Source: Lytechinus pictus (taxonomy: Eukaryota). From it: DNA of 64,000 nt. The notes under the pieces are model-generated. The model was not told the DNA's origin and ran no database searches. It saw only the letters and a list, made by a program, of their open reading frames with translations. The DNA lies in contig NC_087245.1 of the NCBI RefSeq assembly GCF_037042905.1, positions 22,818,001-22,882,000 on the forward strand. Reading direction: 5' to 3'. A program made the translations under genes and the position numbers. Shown one piece after another: positions 23,890 through 36,283 of this stretch (its first letter is position 1; each line of letters opens with the position of its first letter).

Positions 23890-25659
23890 GAAGAGTTTAG
23901 TTGCAAAAGGGGTTAGGTCCACTTTGGACCATTCCGAGAAAAACCATGTTTTTTATTCTCACTTATTGCAATAGTCTTATGAGAAACTAAATTGTCATGA
24001 TGTACTACCCTATCATGTGAACATAAAATTGGGTATAAAAGAAATCTACCTGTCTTCAATTTTTTTCTATATATCTTTAAAAAAATTATCATTGTGGACC
24101 TAACCCCTTTTGCAACTAAACTGAAATTAATCCAATCTCTTTTCATAAGGTTCATAAGGTAGTATTTATTGTCCAGATAAATAAATAAGTGGAAATTTGC
24201 ATTTTTACATGGTATTGAACATACATAACATAGCATAGAAAATGAACATATTTACAGAAAATCGAACAATCACATATAGTCAATTATGATATACACGTGC
24301 AAATACTACCCACTGGGTAGCATTTGAAAAAAATACTGTTATTGATATTAAAATTAAGATTGAAATGGAAATCTGAACTGAAAGTTAGATATCGGATATT
24401 GAATTGAAATTGCATTAGAATTGTAATAAATCAGTACTATAAATCTTCACAGCATTGTCCACTTGTAATTGTTATTGTTATCAGTATTTACATATTATTT
24501 TTATTTTCAATATTGTTGTTTTAAAGAATTAACATCAACTACCCGACAAGGTAAATTTACATTATTGGGCATATCATTATTCTTATACAATCCCTTCCTC
24601 ATTCAGCATTCGGATTGAGCTTGGCACGATCGAATGAGTTTAAGAACCTATTTGTTCGACAACGTGCCGACCGTAGTCTATTATCAGATCTCATCCTTTC
24701 GTAGTTTACATTCAATGGGTGATCATTATTGTATAGTATCTCTTTCGCCTTTTCAAGTATTCTGTTTCGGCATACATCAGTGAGGTTAAGGTCGGGTCCT
24801 GTTATTTTTTCTGCTTGTCTGACCATTCTACTTAGTATATTCAGATCTTTTTTGCGACAGCTTGTGAACCAAACCACACAATCAAATATGAGGATGCTTT
24901 CAATAAGTGATCTATAGAATAAAACCATTACGGTGCGGTCAACATGGAATGACTTCAATTTTCTTATGAAATACATCCGTTGTATTGCCTTCTTGTAAAT
25001 TGAATTGCATTGATCTCCCCATTTTAATCCATCGTCAATAATGGTACCTAAGTATTTGAACTTATGAACTATTTCAATTTCCTCTTCATTGATTAAAATT
25101 GTGATTTTTCTTTGCCACTTTCACTCACGTTTTCATTTGAATTTCAAATTTTCTTTCGTATCATCAGAGTGACTAAAAATTTAGAGGTTTAGAGACAGAA
25201 AACAATAAAATTTATGAAAAATGGACCTAACCCATTTTGACAAATGAGTTCTTCAGAAGAGTTTTGTTGCAAAAGGGGTTAGGTCCACTCCAAGAAAATA
25301 ATTTTTTTAATTCTCCCAGATTGCAATATTTTTATGCGAAACTTAATTTTCATGATACCCTTCCATGAGAACATTAAATTGGGTATAAAAGAAATCTACC
25401 TGTCTTCATATATTTTATGATATACTTTTCCAAAAAAAATCTGTTTGGACCTAACCCCTTTTGCAACTAAACTGAAATGGACCTAAACCCTTTTTAAAAA
25501 AAAAAGTGGCTTTTGTTTGCCATTTTAGTTCACTTTTTAATAGGAATTTCAACTTTTCTTTGGTATCATCTCATAGAGCTACTAAAAATCTATACATTGA
25601 GACATAAAAATCAAATTTGATGAAAAATGGACCTAACCCCTTTTGCAAGTGAGCTCTTC
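23890..25659. mobile_element. Head-to-tail dimer of a Sola1-like MITE (23890-25254 and 25256-25659)
   Basis: TIR gaagag....ttgcaaaaggggttaggtcca at the ends of each unit; a single ATTT (AWWT) TSD flanks the whole dimer. Confidence 0.65.
24150..25110 (-). mobile_element. 5'-truncated Rex/Babar-like LINE fragment (RT C-terminus plus 3' UTR) nested in the Sola-like MITE
   Basis: EIVHKFKYLGTIIDD..QRMYFIRKLKSFHVDRTVMVLFYRSLIESIL...RCRTNRFLNSF; boundaries approximate. Confidence 0.75.
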
Positions 25660-26576
25660 ATTTATTAATCTAATAAGCCTAATGAGTGCGTGAAATCTGT
25701 TGACAGTGCATGAGGCCTGAAAAACTGGATATTTTATATTTTTTGTAATCATGAACAGCATTCATGGGTTGATACATTTATAGCAAATAATGCGAGCGCA
25801 AATCGCGATCCGAAATTTTTAAATGGGGAGAATTCAAGTAGTTTGTTACAGAATATATAGGTACAGTGACGTACCGTGGGTCACGGCATTGGGGGGGGGG
25901 GCACAACCACAAATTTGGTGTCACTTAGGGACCGCGCTCAGTTGCCAGGTATGCTGACCTAATAGAGAAATTTTAAGGACATGCAATGCCATTAAACGGA
26001 TAAGTATGTCACTGATTAAATAATGCGATCGCGAAGCGCGAGCTGAAAATTTTTGATATTCAGACCAAAAAGAGACATTATAAGCAAATTGTTTGTAATC
26101 GTGATACGTACCTGTCTCGCTAAACAAACAATGCGAGCGCGAAGCGCGAGCTGAAATTTTTGTATATATTGACCCCAAACAGGGACATTTTAAGGACTTT
26201 ATTTTAGGTATCCATTAAGAGTATAAATATCTCAGCATAGTCATCTAATGATAGTGGCATCCTTTGCTGATTTTGTTAGAATTACATCTAAACATATGAA
26301 GCACTTTTTGTTGTCATAGTAATCATGATTATCATATGCATCTCACTAATCAAATACTGCGAGCGCGAAGCGCGAGCTGAAAATTTATGAAATTCAGACC
26401 TGAAGAGGGGCATTCTAAGGCTTGTTTGTAGGAATTCACTAAGTCCTTACGTATTTCACTAACCAAATGATGCGAGCGCGAAGCGCGAGCTAAAAACTTT
26501 TGATATTCAGATCAGAAAAATTGACATTTTAAGAACTGATTTTAGGAATTCATGAAGAGCAGACATCTCACCAATC

Positions 26577-28627
26577 GGCTCGGTGTAAAAATGGCAGAGG
26601 CAATAATGGCAGAGGTAAAAATGGCAGAGGTAAAAATGGCAGAGGTAAAAATGGCAGATGTAAAAATAGCAGAGGTAAAAATGGCAGAGGTAATAATGGC
26701 AGAGGTAAAAATGACAGAGGTAAAAATGGCAGAGGTAAAAATGGCAGAGGTAAAAATGGCAGAGGCAAAAATGGCAGAAGTGAAAATGGCAGAGGTAATA
26801 ATGGCAGAGGTAAAAATGGCAGAGGTAAAAAAAATGGCAGAGGTAAAAATGGTAGAGGTAAAAATGGCAGATGTAAAAATGGCAGAGGTAATAATGGCAG
26901 AGGTAAAATGGCAGGGGTTATAATGGGATAGGTAAAAATGACAGCTCTAGGTAAAATATGGCCAGTCTTAAACCCCCATGCAATGAATTGTCAAAAAGCC
27001 CCCGCATGTACATACATTAAATAAGAAGTGCATGTCACGGTTAGGCATTTCATCATCATTATGTCTTCATCGGCCTAACAATGCTATTTACGAATTCGTT
27101 GGAGGTGTACCGTGAACGCTTTTTAAAAAGAAATCAAACGACAGATTTTTTTTTCATTCAATTTATCAGGAGCAAAATGAAACTGCACTATTCTCATTCA
27201 TCATTTCATAACATTCCTTTTTGTCTGGCTGGTTTCTTTATATCTATTTTTTTTTGTTACCTTGGTATTTTTTTTCTTATGCCTATTATTGCCATTGTTG
27301 TAAGTTGTTATATTTCTTCTATGCCCCCAGGAGGGGCCGTCAAAGAAATAAAATCATTGTCATTGTCATTGTCATTGTCATTGCCAGGTTTACCGATGCA
27401 AAAAGGAGGAAGAGTAGACATAAGAGAGGTGGAGAGACAGAGTGGGTTACGGGGGCGGGGAACAACATAGAGAACATAGCGGGGAAAGCTTAGACCTTAA
27501 AATTGTCACGAATGATTGTGGTTAAATATTATGTCCTTATTTGTAATGTCGTCTGTACTATTCTTTTTAAATATTTGAATGACAATAAGCATGCGTTCCC
27601 AGGCTTGGCACTGAATATGTAACTGATTATGAAAATCAAAAATAATCCTGTTTTGAATGGTAAACCAATCTGGGGTCGATCGAGGGGGACCGTCTGGTTC
27701 AGATTATTTGCATAAAAGAAGACCCTGAACCTTAACCACTGCATCCAATATGATATAAACGCCTTGATGGTCATAACCCTTGGAAGCGGAAGTACTGTTG
27801 GGTATTTTGTACACCATAAGCAGCACCCTCTTGGTAATTAGCTTGGTATGCTAAAATGTAGAGATTTGATACAAATCTGTTATTTTTCAAACATAAAAAA
27901 AAACATTGTTTATTATCTAATTGTTATTATTTTTGTTGTAATTCGTTTTCTGACCTAAAAGAACTTCATTTAGTTGAAATAATTTTTGTGTAATTTTCCC
28001 CCTTAACCAAATCCCCTTTCATTTTGGATTGAAAACTTTTTTTTCTCGGCTTTTTAACAAACCGGTACCCCATTTTCAATAACTTTTCAAAAGTAAGTGG
28101 TGCTCACTCAAGCGGAAATATTTTTCGACAGTTATATCGTCATTTGTTTAAATGGATCTGTACCAATATTAAAATGTGGAAAAATCTTCAGGATTTTACA
28201 TGCGGGGGCATTTTGACAATTCATTGCATGGGGGTTTAAGACTGACCATATTTTACCTAGAGCTGTCATTTTTACCTCTCCCATTATAACCCCTGCCATT
28301 TTACCTCTGCCATTATTACCTCTGCCATTTTTACCTTTGCCATTTTTACCTCTGCCATTTTTGCCTCTGCCATTTTTACCTCTGCCATTTTTACCTCTGC
28401 CATTATTACCTCTGCTATTTTTACTTCTGACATTTTTACCTCTGCCATTTTCACCTCTGCCATTTTTACCTCTGCCATTTTTACCTCTGCCATTTTTACC
28501 TCTGCCATTTTTACCTCTGCCATTATTACCTCTGCCATTTTTATTTCTGCCATTTTTACCTCTGCCATTTTCACCTCTGCCATTTTTACCTCTGCCATTA
28601 TTACCTCTGCCATTTTTACCTGGCACC
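26577..28627. mobile_element. Foldback element (TU/Puppy-like architecture): TIRs built of 15-bp tandem repeats plus an inner domain
   Basis: (aaaatggcagaggta)n left arm to ~26940 and inverted right arm from ~28270; inner IR 26940-27010 / 28197-28268; 8-bp TSD caccaatc (26569-76, 28628-35). Confidence 0.85.
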
Positions 28628-30259
28628 CACCAATCAACTAATGCGAACGTAAGCATGGACAGGAAATGTTTTATATTAAGACCCTAAAATTGGGCAATCA
28701 CTTTAAGTAGTCATGAAAAAGAAGCAAATGTCACTACATAAAACAATAATAACTCGAAATGTGAGGAAATATATTTGGTGTATATTGATTTGAAAACGGG
28801 AGGTTTTAGTACAACATGATTATACATCTCGTTAAACAGTCCACGCGAGTACCAGGAACAATGAAGACATAGGCCCTGAGCAAACTGTTTCATAAAGTCA
28901 TGAAAAAAATGCTTCTTATGTAAAATAATTATGATAAAATATAACATTATAATAAACAATAATTTTTTTTTTTTGGGGGGGGGGACGTGTCCCCCATGCC
29001 CCCTGGTAGTTACGCCACTGTATAGGTATACAGAAATCACCAATCAAAATGCGAGCGCACAGCGCTAGCTCATAGGCCTTCATTTTGACAATCGAGACAC
29101 CTGAAAATGAATATTTTGAGAATCTTATAGGAAATACACAAAGATAATAGGTAGGCCAACAACATTTTAAAGTTTCGCTTAATTTCACAATTTATATTCA
29201 AATCCTTGTCGGTATGCAAATGAGGAGACTGATGACATCACTCACTCACTACTTCTTTTTGTATTTTAGTATATGAAATATGAAATATTCCATTTTTCTC
29301 TGTTGTCGTGTGAAACAACGATTAATTCCTCCCTGAACATGAGCAATTAGCATTGTTTAATACTAAATGGTTCAATCAAGTTGGTTCATATTGTAAAATC
29401 TGTAAAAAATGAAATATTGTAAAACTCTAACAATAAAAGCAAAGGAATTCGTGAGTGAGGGACATTATCGACTGTCTCATTTGCATGTCACTGAGTTGTG
29501 CATATCACTGTTTTGTGAAAAATAAGCAAAATTTTAAAATGTCATAATTTTCTTATTTTACATCCGATTTTGATGAAATTTTCAGCATAATGCTTGTTTG
29601 ATTTTTCTCTATTTATTCAAATCAACATTTTTTTTTGGGGGGGTGGACTTGTCCTTTAAGAAATGAATGTGAGTGCGAAGCTTTTTCAGTTGTCAGATTA
29701 GAATATAAAATATTTTCAGCTTGTGCTTCTCGTTCGCATAAAAAAAAACCTGTGAGGTTGAGATGCGTATATAACTAAACAGTGATGCGAGCGCGTAGCG
29801 CGAGCTCAATTTTTTATATACTGACTTAAGAAGGACTCTTTTAAGGTATAATTCCTATTCTAAAAGTTTTTCCTTTTTCTCTTCGTCTTTTTTTTTCTTT
29901 TTTTCCCTTTTTTTTGTTGCGCCACCATGGGGGGGGGGGGCAAAAACTTTTCCCCCTGGATCGGCCTATGTATATTGACTTGAAAAACACTAACATTTTA
30001 AGGACTTATGTACGTGTGATCGATGGAGAGGATACACACCTCACTAATCAAATATTGCGAGCGCGTAGCGCCAGCTGAATTTGATATTTACCCCTTTTCT
30101 GACCCTGAACAGGTTACCTATCTTGCAAAACAAACTTCAAACTCGAGCACATTGATTTTTGTCTATTATCGTAAAAACAGGATATTTTAAATCAGCCGCA
30201 TTAATTTAACCTTTTTGGGCAGGAAATAAATTTCACTATAAACAGGCAATACGAGCAAT

Positions 30260-31820
30260 GTTGCGCCCCTGGTCGAACATGAATTTGCATGGAGCCCCCT
30301 AAGTTCAAGGTCAATTTAGCGCCCTCGGTTGAACATGATTTTGGCGCCATGTGAAATATCACTTTGCCCTCCCCCTTCTGAAACATGTCGCCTTATGGTC
30401 AAACATCAAATTAGCGCTCCCCTAGTTCGAACATCAATTTGGCGCCCCGCTAGTTTGAACATCAATTCGGCGCTCCCCTAGTTCGAACATCAATTTGGCG
30501 CCCCGCCCAGTTCAAACATCAATTTGGCGCCCCCATCTAGTTCGAAAATTAGTTCGCCCCCTCCCCCTTGTTCAAACATCAATTCGGCGCCCCATAGTTC
30601 GAACGTCATTTTGGCGCCGCCTAGTTCGAACATCAATTTGGCGCCCCCCTCGTTCGAACATCAATTTGGCGCCCCAAGTTCGAATAGCAATTCGGCGCCC
30701 CCTAGTTCGAACATCAATTTGGCGACCCTAGTTCGAATATTCAATCGGCGCCCCCCTACGTCGAACATCTATTTGGCCTCCCTAGGTCGAACATCAATTT
30801 GGCGCCCCCAGTTGGAACATCAAATTGGCGCCCCTAGTTCGAATATCAATTCGGCGCCCCCTAGTTCAAACATCAATGTGGTGACCCTAGTTCGAACATC
30901 GATTCGGCGCCCCCCCCCCCTAGTTCGAGTATCAATTCGGCGCCCCTACATGTAGGTCGATCATCAATTCGCCCCCCCCCCCTTCCCGTTCGAACATCAA
31001 TTCGACCCCCAGTTCGAACATCATTTTGGCATCCCTTCGAACTGAATTTGGTTTCCCTAGTTCGAAAATCATTTCGCCCCCTAGCTCGAGTATCAATTTG
31101 GCGCCCCCCTAGTTCGAACATCAATTCGGCGCCCCCCTAGTTTGAGTATCAGTTTGGCGCCCCCCTAGCTCGAACATCGATTCGCCCCTCCCCCTAGTTC
31201 GAGTATCAATTTGGCGCCCCCAGTTCGAACATCATTTTAAAATCCCTTCGAACATCATTTTGGCGCCCTCCTAGATCGAATATCAATTCGGCGCCCCTAC
31301 ATGTAGGTCCAACATCAATTTGGCGCCCCATAGTTCGAGTATCAATTTGGCGCACCCTAGTTCCAACATCAATTCTGAGCCCCCCTAGTTCGAGTATCAA
31401 TTTGGCGTCCCCCTAGTTCGAACATCGATTCGGCCCCTCCCCCCCCCTAGTTCGAGTATCAATTTCGCGCCCCCAGTTCGAACATCATTTTAACATCCCT
31501 TCGAACATCATTTCGGCGTCCTCCTAATTCCGAATATCAATTCGGCGCCCCTACATGTAGGTCCAACATCAATTTGGCGCCTCTAGTTCGAATATAATTT
31601 CGGCCCCCCTAGCTCGAGTATCAATTTGGCGCCCCCTAGTTCCAACATCAATTCTGAGCCCCCCTAGTTCGAGTATCAATTTGGCGTCCCCCTAGTTCGA
31701 ACATCGATTCGGCCCCCTCCCCCCCCCTAGTTCGAGTATCAATCTGGCGCCCCCAGTTCGAACATCATTTTGACATTCATTCAAACATCATTTCGGCGCC
31801 CTTTTGGTTCGAACATCATT
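30260..31820 (+). repeat. ~30-bp minisatellite (ctagttcgaacatcaatttggcgccccc)n
   Basis: About 50 degenerate adjacent units with no unique spacers. Confidence 0.9.
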
Positions 31821-33410
31821 TTCTTTCCTCCTCTTCCTCTTTTTTTCTTCTCGTCCTTCCCCTCTTCCTCTCTCCTTTTCTTCTTTTCTTTCTCTCTTTT
31901 TTTTCTCTTCTTTCCACCCTCTTCCTCTCTCCTTTTTCTCCTTTTCTTTCCCCTCTTCCTCTTTTTTCTTCCCCCTCTCCCCCTCCCTTTTCTTCTCTTC
32001 CTTTCCCCTTTTCTTCCCCCTTCTCTCTCTTTTTTTCTCTTCTTTCTTCCCTTTTCCTCTCTCTCCTTTTTCGTCTTTTCCTTTCCCTTCTTCCTCTCTC
32101 TTCCCCCCTCTTCTTTCCCTGCTTCCTCTTTTTTCTTCCCCCTCCCCCTCCCTTTTTCTTCTCTTCCTTCCCCCTCTTCCTCTTTTTTCTCTTTCTTTCC
32201 CCTCTTCTTCTCCTATTTTTTCTTCTTTTCTTTCCCCTCTTCTTTTTTCTTCTTTTCTTTCCCCTCTCTTTTTTCTTCTCTTCTTTCCTCCCTCTTCCTC
32301 TCTCTCCTTTTCTTTTCCCCTCTTCCTCTTTTTTCTTCCCCCTCTCCTTCCCCCTCCCTTTTCTTCTCTTCTTCTTTTTTCTCCTTTTCTCCTCTTTTTC
32401 CTCTCTCTCTTTTTCTTCTCTTCCTTTCCCCTCTTCCCCTCTCTCTTTTTTTTTCTCCTTTTCCTTTCCCTCTCTTTTTCCTTCTCTTTCTTTCCCCTTT
32501 TCCTCTCCCTTTTCCTTCCCTTCCTTCCCCCTCTTCCCTTTTCTTCTTTTCTTTCCCCCCCTTTTCCTCTCTCTTTTTTCTTCCCTTCTTCCCCCTCTTG
32601 TTTTCTTCTTTTCTTTCCCCTCTTTTTTCTCTTTCTTTCCCTCTCTTCTTTTTTTTCTCTTCTTTCCACCCTCTTCCTCTCTCCTTTTTCTCCTTTTCTT
32701 TCCCCTCTTCCTCTTTTTTCTTCCCCCTCTCCCCCTCCCTTTTCTTCTCTTCCTTTCCCCTTTTCTTCCCCCTTCTCTCTCTTTTTTTCTCTTCTTTCTT
32801 CCCTTTTCCTCTCTCTCCTTTTTCGTCTTTTCCTTTCCCTTCTTCCTCTCTCTTCCCCCCTCTTCTTTCCCTGCTTCCTCTTTTTTCTTCCCCCTCCCCC
32901 TCCCTTTTTCTTCTCTTCCTTCCCCCTCTTCCTCTTTTTTCTCTTTCTTTCCCCTCTTCTTCTCCTATTTTTTCTTCTTTTCTTTCCCCTCTTCTTTTTT
33001 CTTCTTTTCTTTCCCCTCTCTTTTTTCTTCTCTTCTTTCCTCCCTCTTCCTCTCTCTCCTTTTCTTTTCCCCTCTTCCTCTTTTTTCTTCCCCCTCTCCT
33101 TCCCCCTCCCTTTTCTTCTCTTCTTCTTTTTTCTCCTTTTCTCCTCTTTTTCCTCTCTCTCTTTTTCTTCTCTTCCTTTCCCCTCTTCCCCTCTCTCTTT
33201 TTTTTTCTCCTTTTCCTTTCCCTCTCTTTTTCCTTCTCTTTCTTTCCCCTTTTCCTCTCCCTTTTCCTTCCCTTCCTTCCCCCTCTTCCCTTTTCTTCTT
33301 TTCTTTCCCCCCCTTTTCCTCTCTCTTTTTTCTTCCCTTCTTCCCCCTCTTGTTTTCTTCTTTTCTTTCCCCTCTTTTTTCTCTTTCTTTCCCTCTCTTC
33401 TTTTTTTTTT
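31817..33410 (+). repeat. ~1.6-kb polypyrimidine tract made of a ~752-bp tandem duplication
   Basis: Almost only C/T; rare purine landmarks (ttccaccc at ~31912 and ~32664, tcgtc, ctgct, cctatt) recur with the same ~752-bp spacing. Confidence 0.85.
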
Positions 33411-36075
33411 GCCGAAGGGGGGGGGGGGGGGGGCCAAGGCCCCCTCGGCCCCCCCCCCCCATGGATCCGCGCCTGGGAGACAGTGCTACTTTCTGCTATG
33501 GTTTGCCATCTAGAGCAGCTCCGCCTTGTTTGTATGACGTTGATCTCGCCGGCATACATGCCAATCACATTTCACATGATCGGGAATGCGAGGAGAATGA
33601 GAGTAAAATGGATGATAGTCATGAGATTGATAATCATAACACATTAGGGACCACTGTCAAACAAATAAACACTATCATACACAAAGAAGATGATGAATAT
33701 GAGACAAGTGATACTAGCGAGATGAATAAATCTAATACTAATAGTAACGATTGTAAATCTCGGAATGAAGACCGAAGAGATGAGACCAGTGATGGTGAGG
33801 TGCTTGAAACTAACAAAGGTGAAATGAAACCATGCAATGTAGATGATGGTTACGAGAGTAGTGATGGTGGAGGTAATGACTCTAACATAGTTAATGTGAA
33901 ACAATGTAATGCAGTTGATGGATACATGACTTGTGTTGGTGAGGTGAATATAACAAACAGTGCCGACATGAAAGGATGGAATGAAGAGGTTGAGTATGCA
34001 ACTAGTGATAGTCTGGTTTATGAAAGTGACTTTGCCTGACGTGATGGTATTGCCTAACCTGACTTTGCCAAACGTGTCGCCTCATATGCTACTGAATCGC
34101 TGCATTGGTAGCAACCGTGTCGTTGACCGTGGAGGTACCGTGCTGCCTCTTGATCAAAGGTTTGACACTTTCGGATGTGTTAATACCGTGTCTGTTACAC
34201 CATCGGCCGATTTGGTGTTACCCTTTGATGCGAGTAACAGCCACAGAGCAAACACCGGGGTAACCACTATGCCTCTGTGCCCGGCTAACGTCAGCAGCAG
34301 TAGCTCTACTTCGCAAGCTATCCATCTGGCACGGGTACCATGTGTCGTGGATGGGTTGATCTCGCAGAACTTTCAGTCGGTCACCCTGCAAGCACCACCT
34401 CCAACTGAATGTCCGTACTCGGCTAGCATCTCAATCGCTAATACCCATGTTCATTCCATCTGTACTGATGTCGCATGCCATACTCGCCCTCCAGATCTGC
34501 CCCATGCTATTCCAGAGCATGGTCCTGCTGGTCTGTCCACCCCTGAAGGATGTCGTCAGGCTCGTTCGCCAGGTCAGCCCCATGCTAGTCTAGGGCATGG
34601 TCCTGCTGATCTGTCTGCCCCTGAAGGATGTCATGGTCGTCCGCCTGACCGGCCCCATGCTATATCCCGGAGCATGCATGGTCCTGCTGGTCTGTCTATC
34701 CCAGTGGTAGAGCTTCACAGACCGTATGATGTTGGTCCCTACCTGGGAATATTCTTCATGGTTCTCGCTTATCAATGCTACAGAGACATTTGTTGTTTGA
34801 TACAGTGTTAGCTCGCCTTGCTTTCAAGACCTTTGATTACATAGACATACCTTCTTTTCATGGACAGTGACTCCTCTACATTTGTTCCTAGCTTGGACTA
34901 ATGGACTCCCACGCTACCATGTGATTGTGAGGAACGAACTGGTAAAAATATCTTCACTTGAATGCCTGAACCGCCTCTTTATTTTTTTTTACCATATGGA
35001 CGGTTTTTAATACTCCATTGATTCTTTATGCCATGATGTTTGTTATGTTCTTATGGTTTTTATGTCCATGCATTGCATGTGTACATGCACTTCAACTATG
35101 ATCTATGTTATATGGATTGATTGCAAAAGTTATTGTAATAAACAGTTATATGATTTTGTGTGTGATTTATGTTGCATTTTGGGCGAGTGATTTAAGGGTC
35201 ATGATAGTTGTTGGTTGTATGAATGTGGTGTGTTATGGTGGTATGTAGCTATTGATGTTTGTTTAACATTTACTAACTGTTGACTTGTTCCTAATGATCT
35301 ATGAAACAGTGATTTCTTCTGTATCTTCATAGCCCTTTTTTTAAATATTGTTTTGAATGATTATTTAAGCATTTTAGTCAGACAGTGTAGTTATATGGTC
35401 ACAAGTTGTGGATAAGTGGCTGTTTTCAGTATTTGATCCATTTTTCTATTTGCAAGTACTTTTGATCTCATTGCAAAGGTATGATAATAATTCTGTAATT
35501 TTATCTTGTTTTTGTGCCATCCTAAATTTATTTTATGATACACAGATGATTTAGCTGTTCAGGATGAGGCTGTCGAACTGTGTATTTAATCTATTTGTTA
35601 TGTGGATATGTTGCAATGAGAGATCATTGTTTTTATTTCATTATTTTGACCATTTGCCCATATGCATCTTTTCCTTTTTCATGCAGGTTTACGGTTGTTC
35701 AATTTGTGCCGAAAATTGGTATTTAGTGCACAGCATTAATTTAGCCTTGTGTTTTGGGGTAGATTGGGGTCGAGTTTTTGCTCTTGATAATTTGATGCCT
35801 AGATAGGTAGGATGATTTGTTGTTTACCCCTTTTTAAGCCCACATATGTGTTTTTCCCATTCTTGATGACGGGGAGAGATGGGAAGTAGTGATGCTCTAT
35901 GATGTTATTTGAATTGTGACCTTTGTTGTGTTCATATGTTAGTTTAATATTCAACTCATTATGATACATTGGTGTCTAGATTTTTCAGAGTCTTACACCA
36001 GCGAAGGTCTACCCTTTTTATTTAATAGTGAGCTAATTACGAATCATCATGATTTTATTATACAGATTATATTGT

Positions 36076-36099
36076 AAAAGAGGAAGGAAAAGTAAAAGG
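36076..36099 (+). promoter_or_regulatory. Polypurine tract of the LTR element
   Basis: aaaagaggaaggaaaagtaaaagg just upstream of the 3' LTR. Confidence 0.55.
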
Positions 36100-36105
36100 C
36101 AGTCA

Positions 36106-36283
36106 CGCCAGTATGTTGTTTTCGTATTATAATGATGATTCGATGTTGCAATCGCAAAGTGTAAGCGCGCCACCTTGTGTTGGTCTCTTTGCCATGGTTA
36201 TTAAAGACAGTTACACGTAACCTCAAAGTTGTCTAGTTTATTTACTTCTTTTACATTAAGTTGGCCCTTATTAACACATGGCG
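36106..36283 (+). repeat. 3' LTR
   Basis: Near-identical to 21375-21557. Confidence 0.85.

Larger units (their letters stand above)
22206..33475. mobile_element. 11.27-kb composite non-autonomous element, hAT-like (8-bp TSD), no transposase
   Basis: Perfect 14-bp TIR caggcgcggatcca / tggatccgcgcctg; TSD ggagacag at 22198-22205 and 33476-33483. Confidence 0.85.
21375..36283 (+). mobile_element. Non-autonomous Gypsy-like LTR element with CG...CG termini and 3-bp TSD (Troyka-like)
   Basis: Direct repeats 21375-21557 and 36106-36283 (cgccagtatgtt...aac[c/a]catggcg); TSD aat (21372-74, 36284-86); PBS-like tggtggcagc after the 5' LTR; purine tract before the 3' LTR; protease-like FMEQNDISVRPSKHLIM. 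Confidence 0.8.

Noticed and set aside
26552..28687. ORFs of MAEVK / GKNGR / LPLPF repeats
   Set aside because: Translations of the 15-bp foldback arms; open in several frames on both strands.
30260..31820. CRISPR-like ~30-bp periodicity
   Set aside because: Units are adjacent with no unique spacers, there are no cas genes, and the context is eukaryotic; it is a minisatellite.
31770..33647. 450-625-aa F/S/L/P-rich and K/R/E/G-rich ORFs
   Set aside because: A pyrimidine-only strand and its complement cannot form stop codons; compositional artefact.
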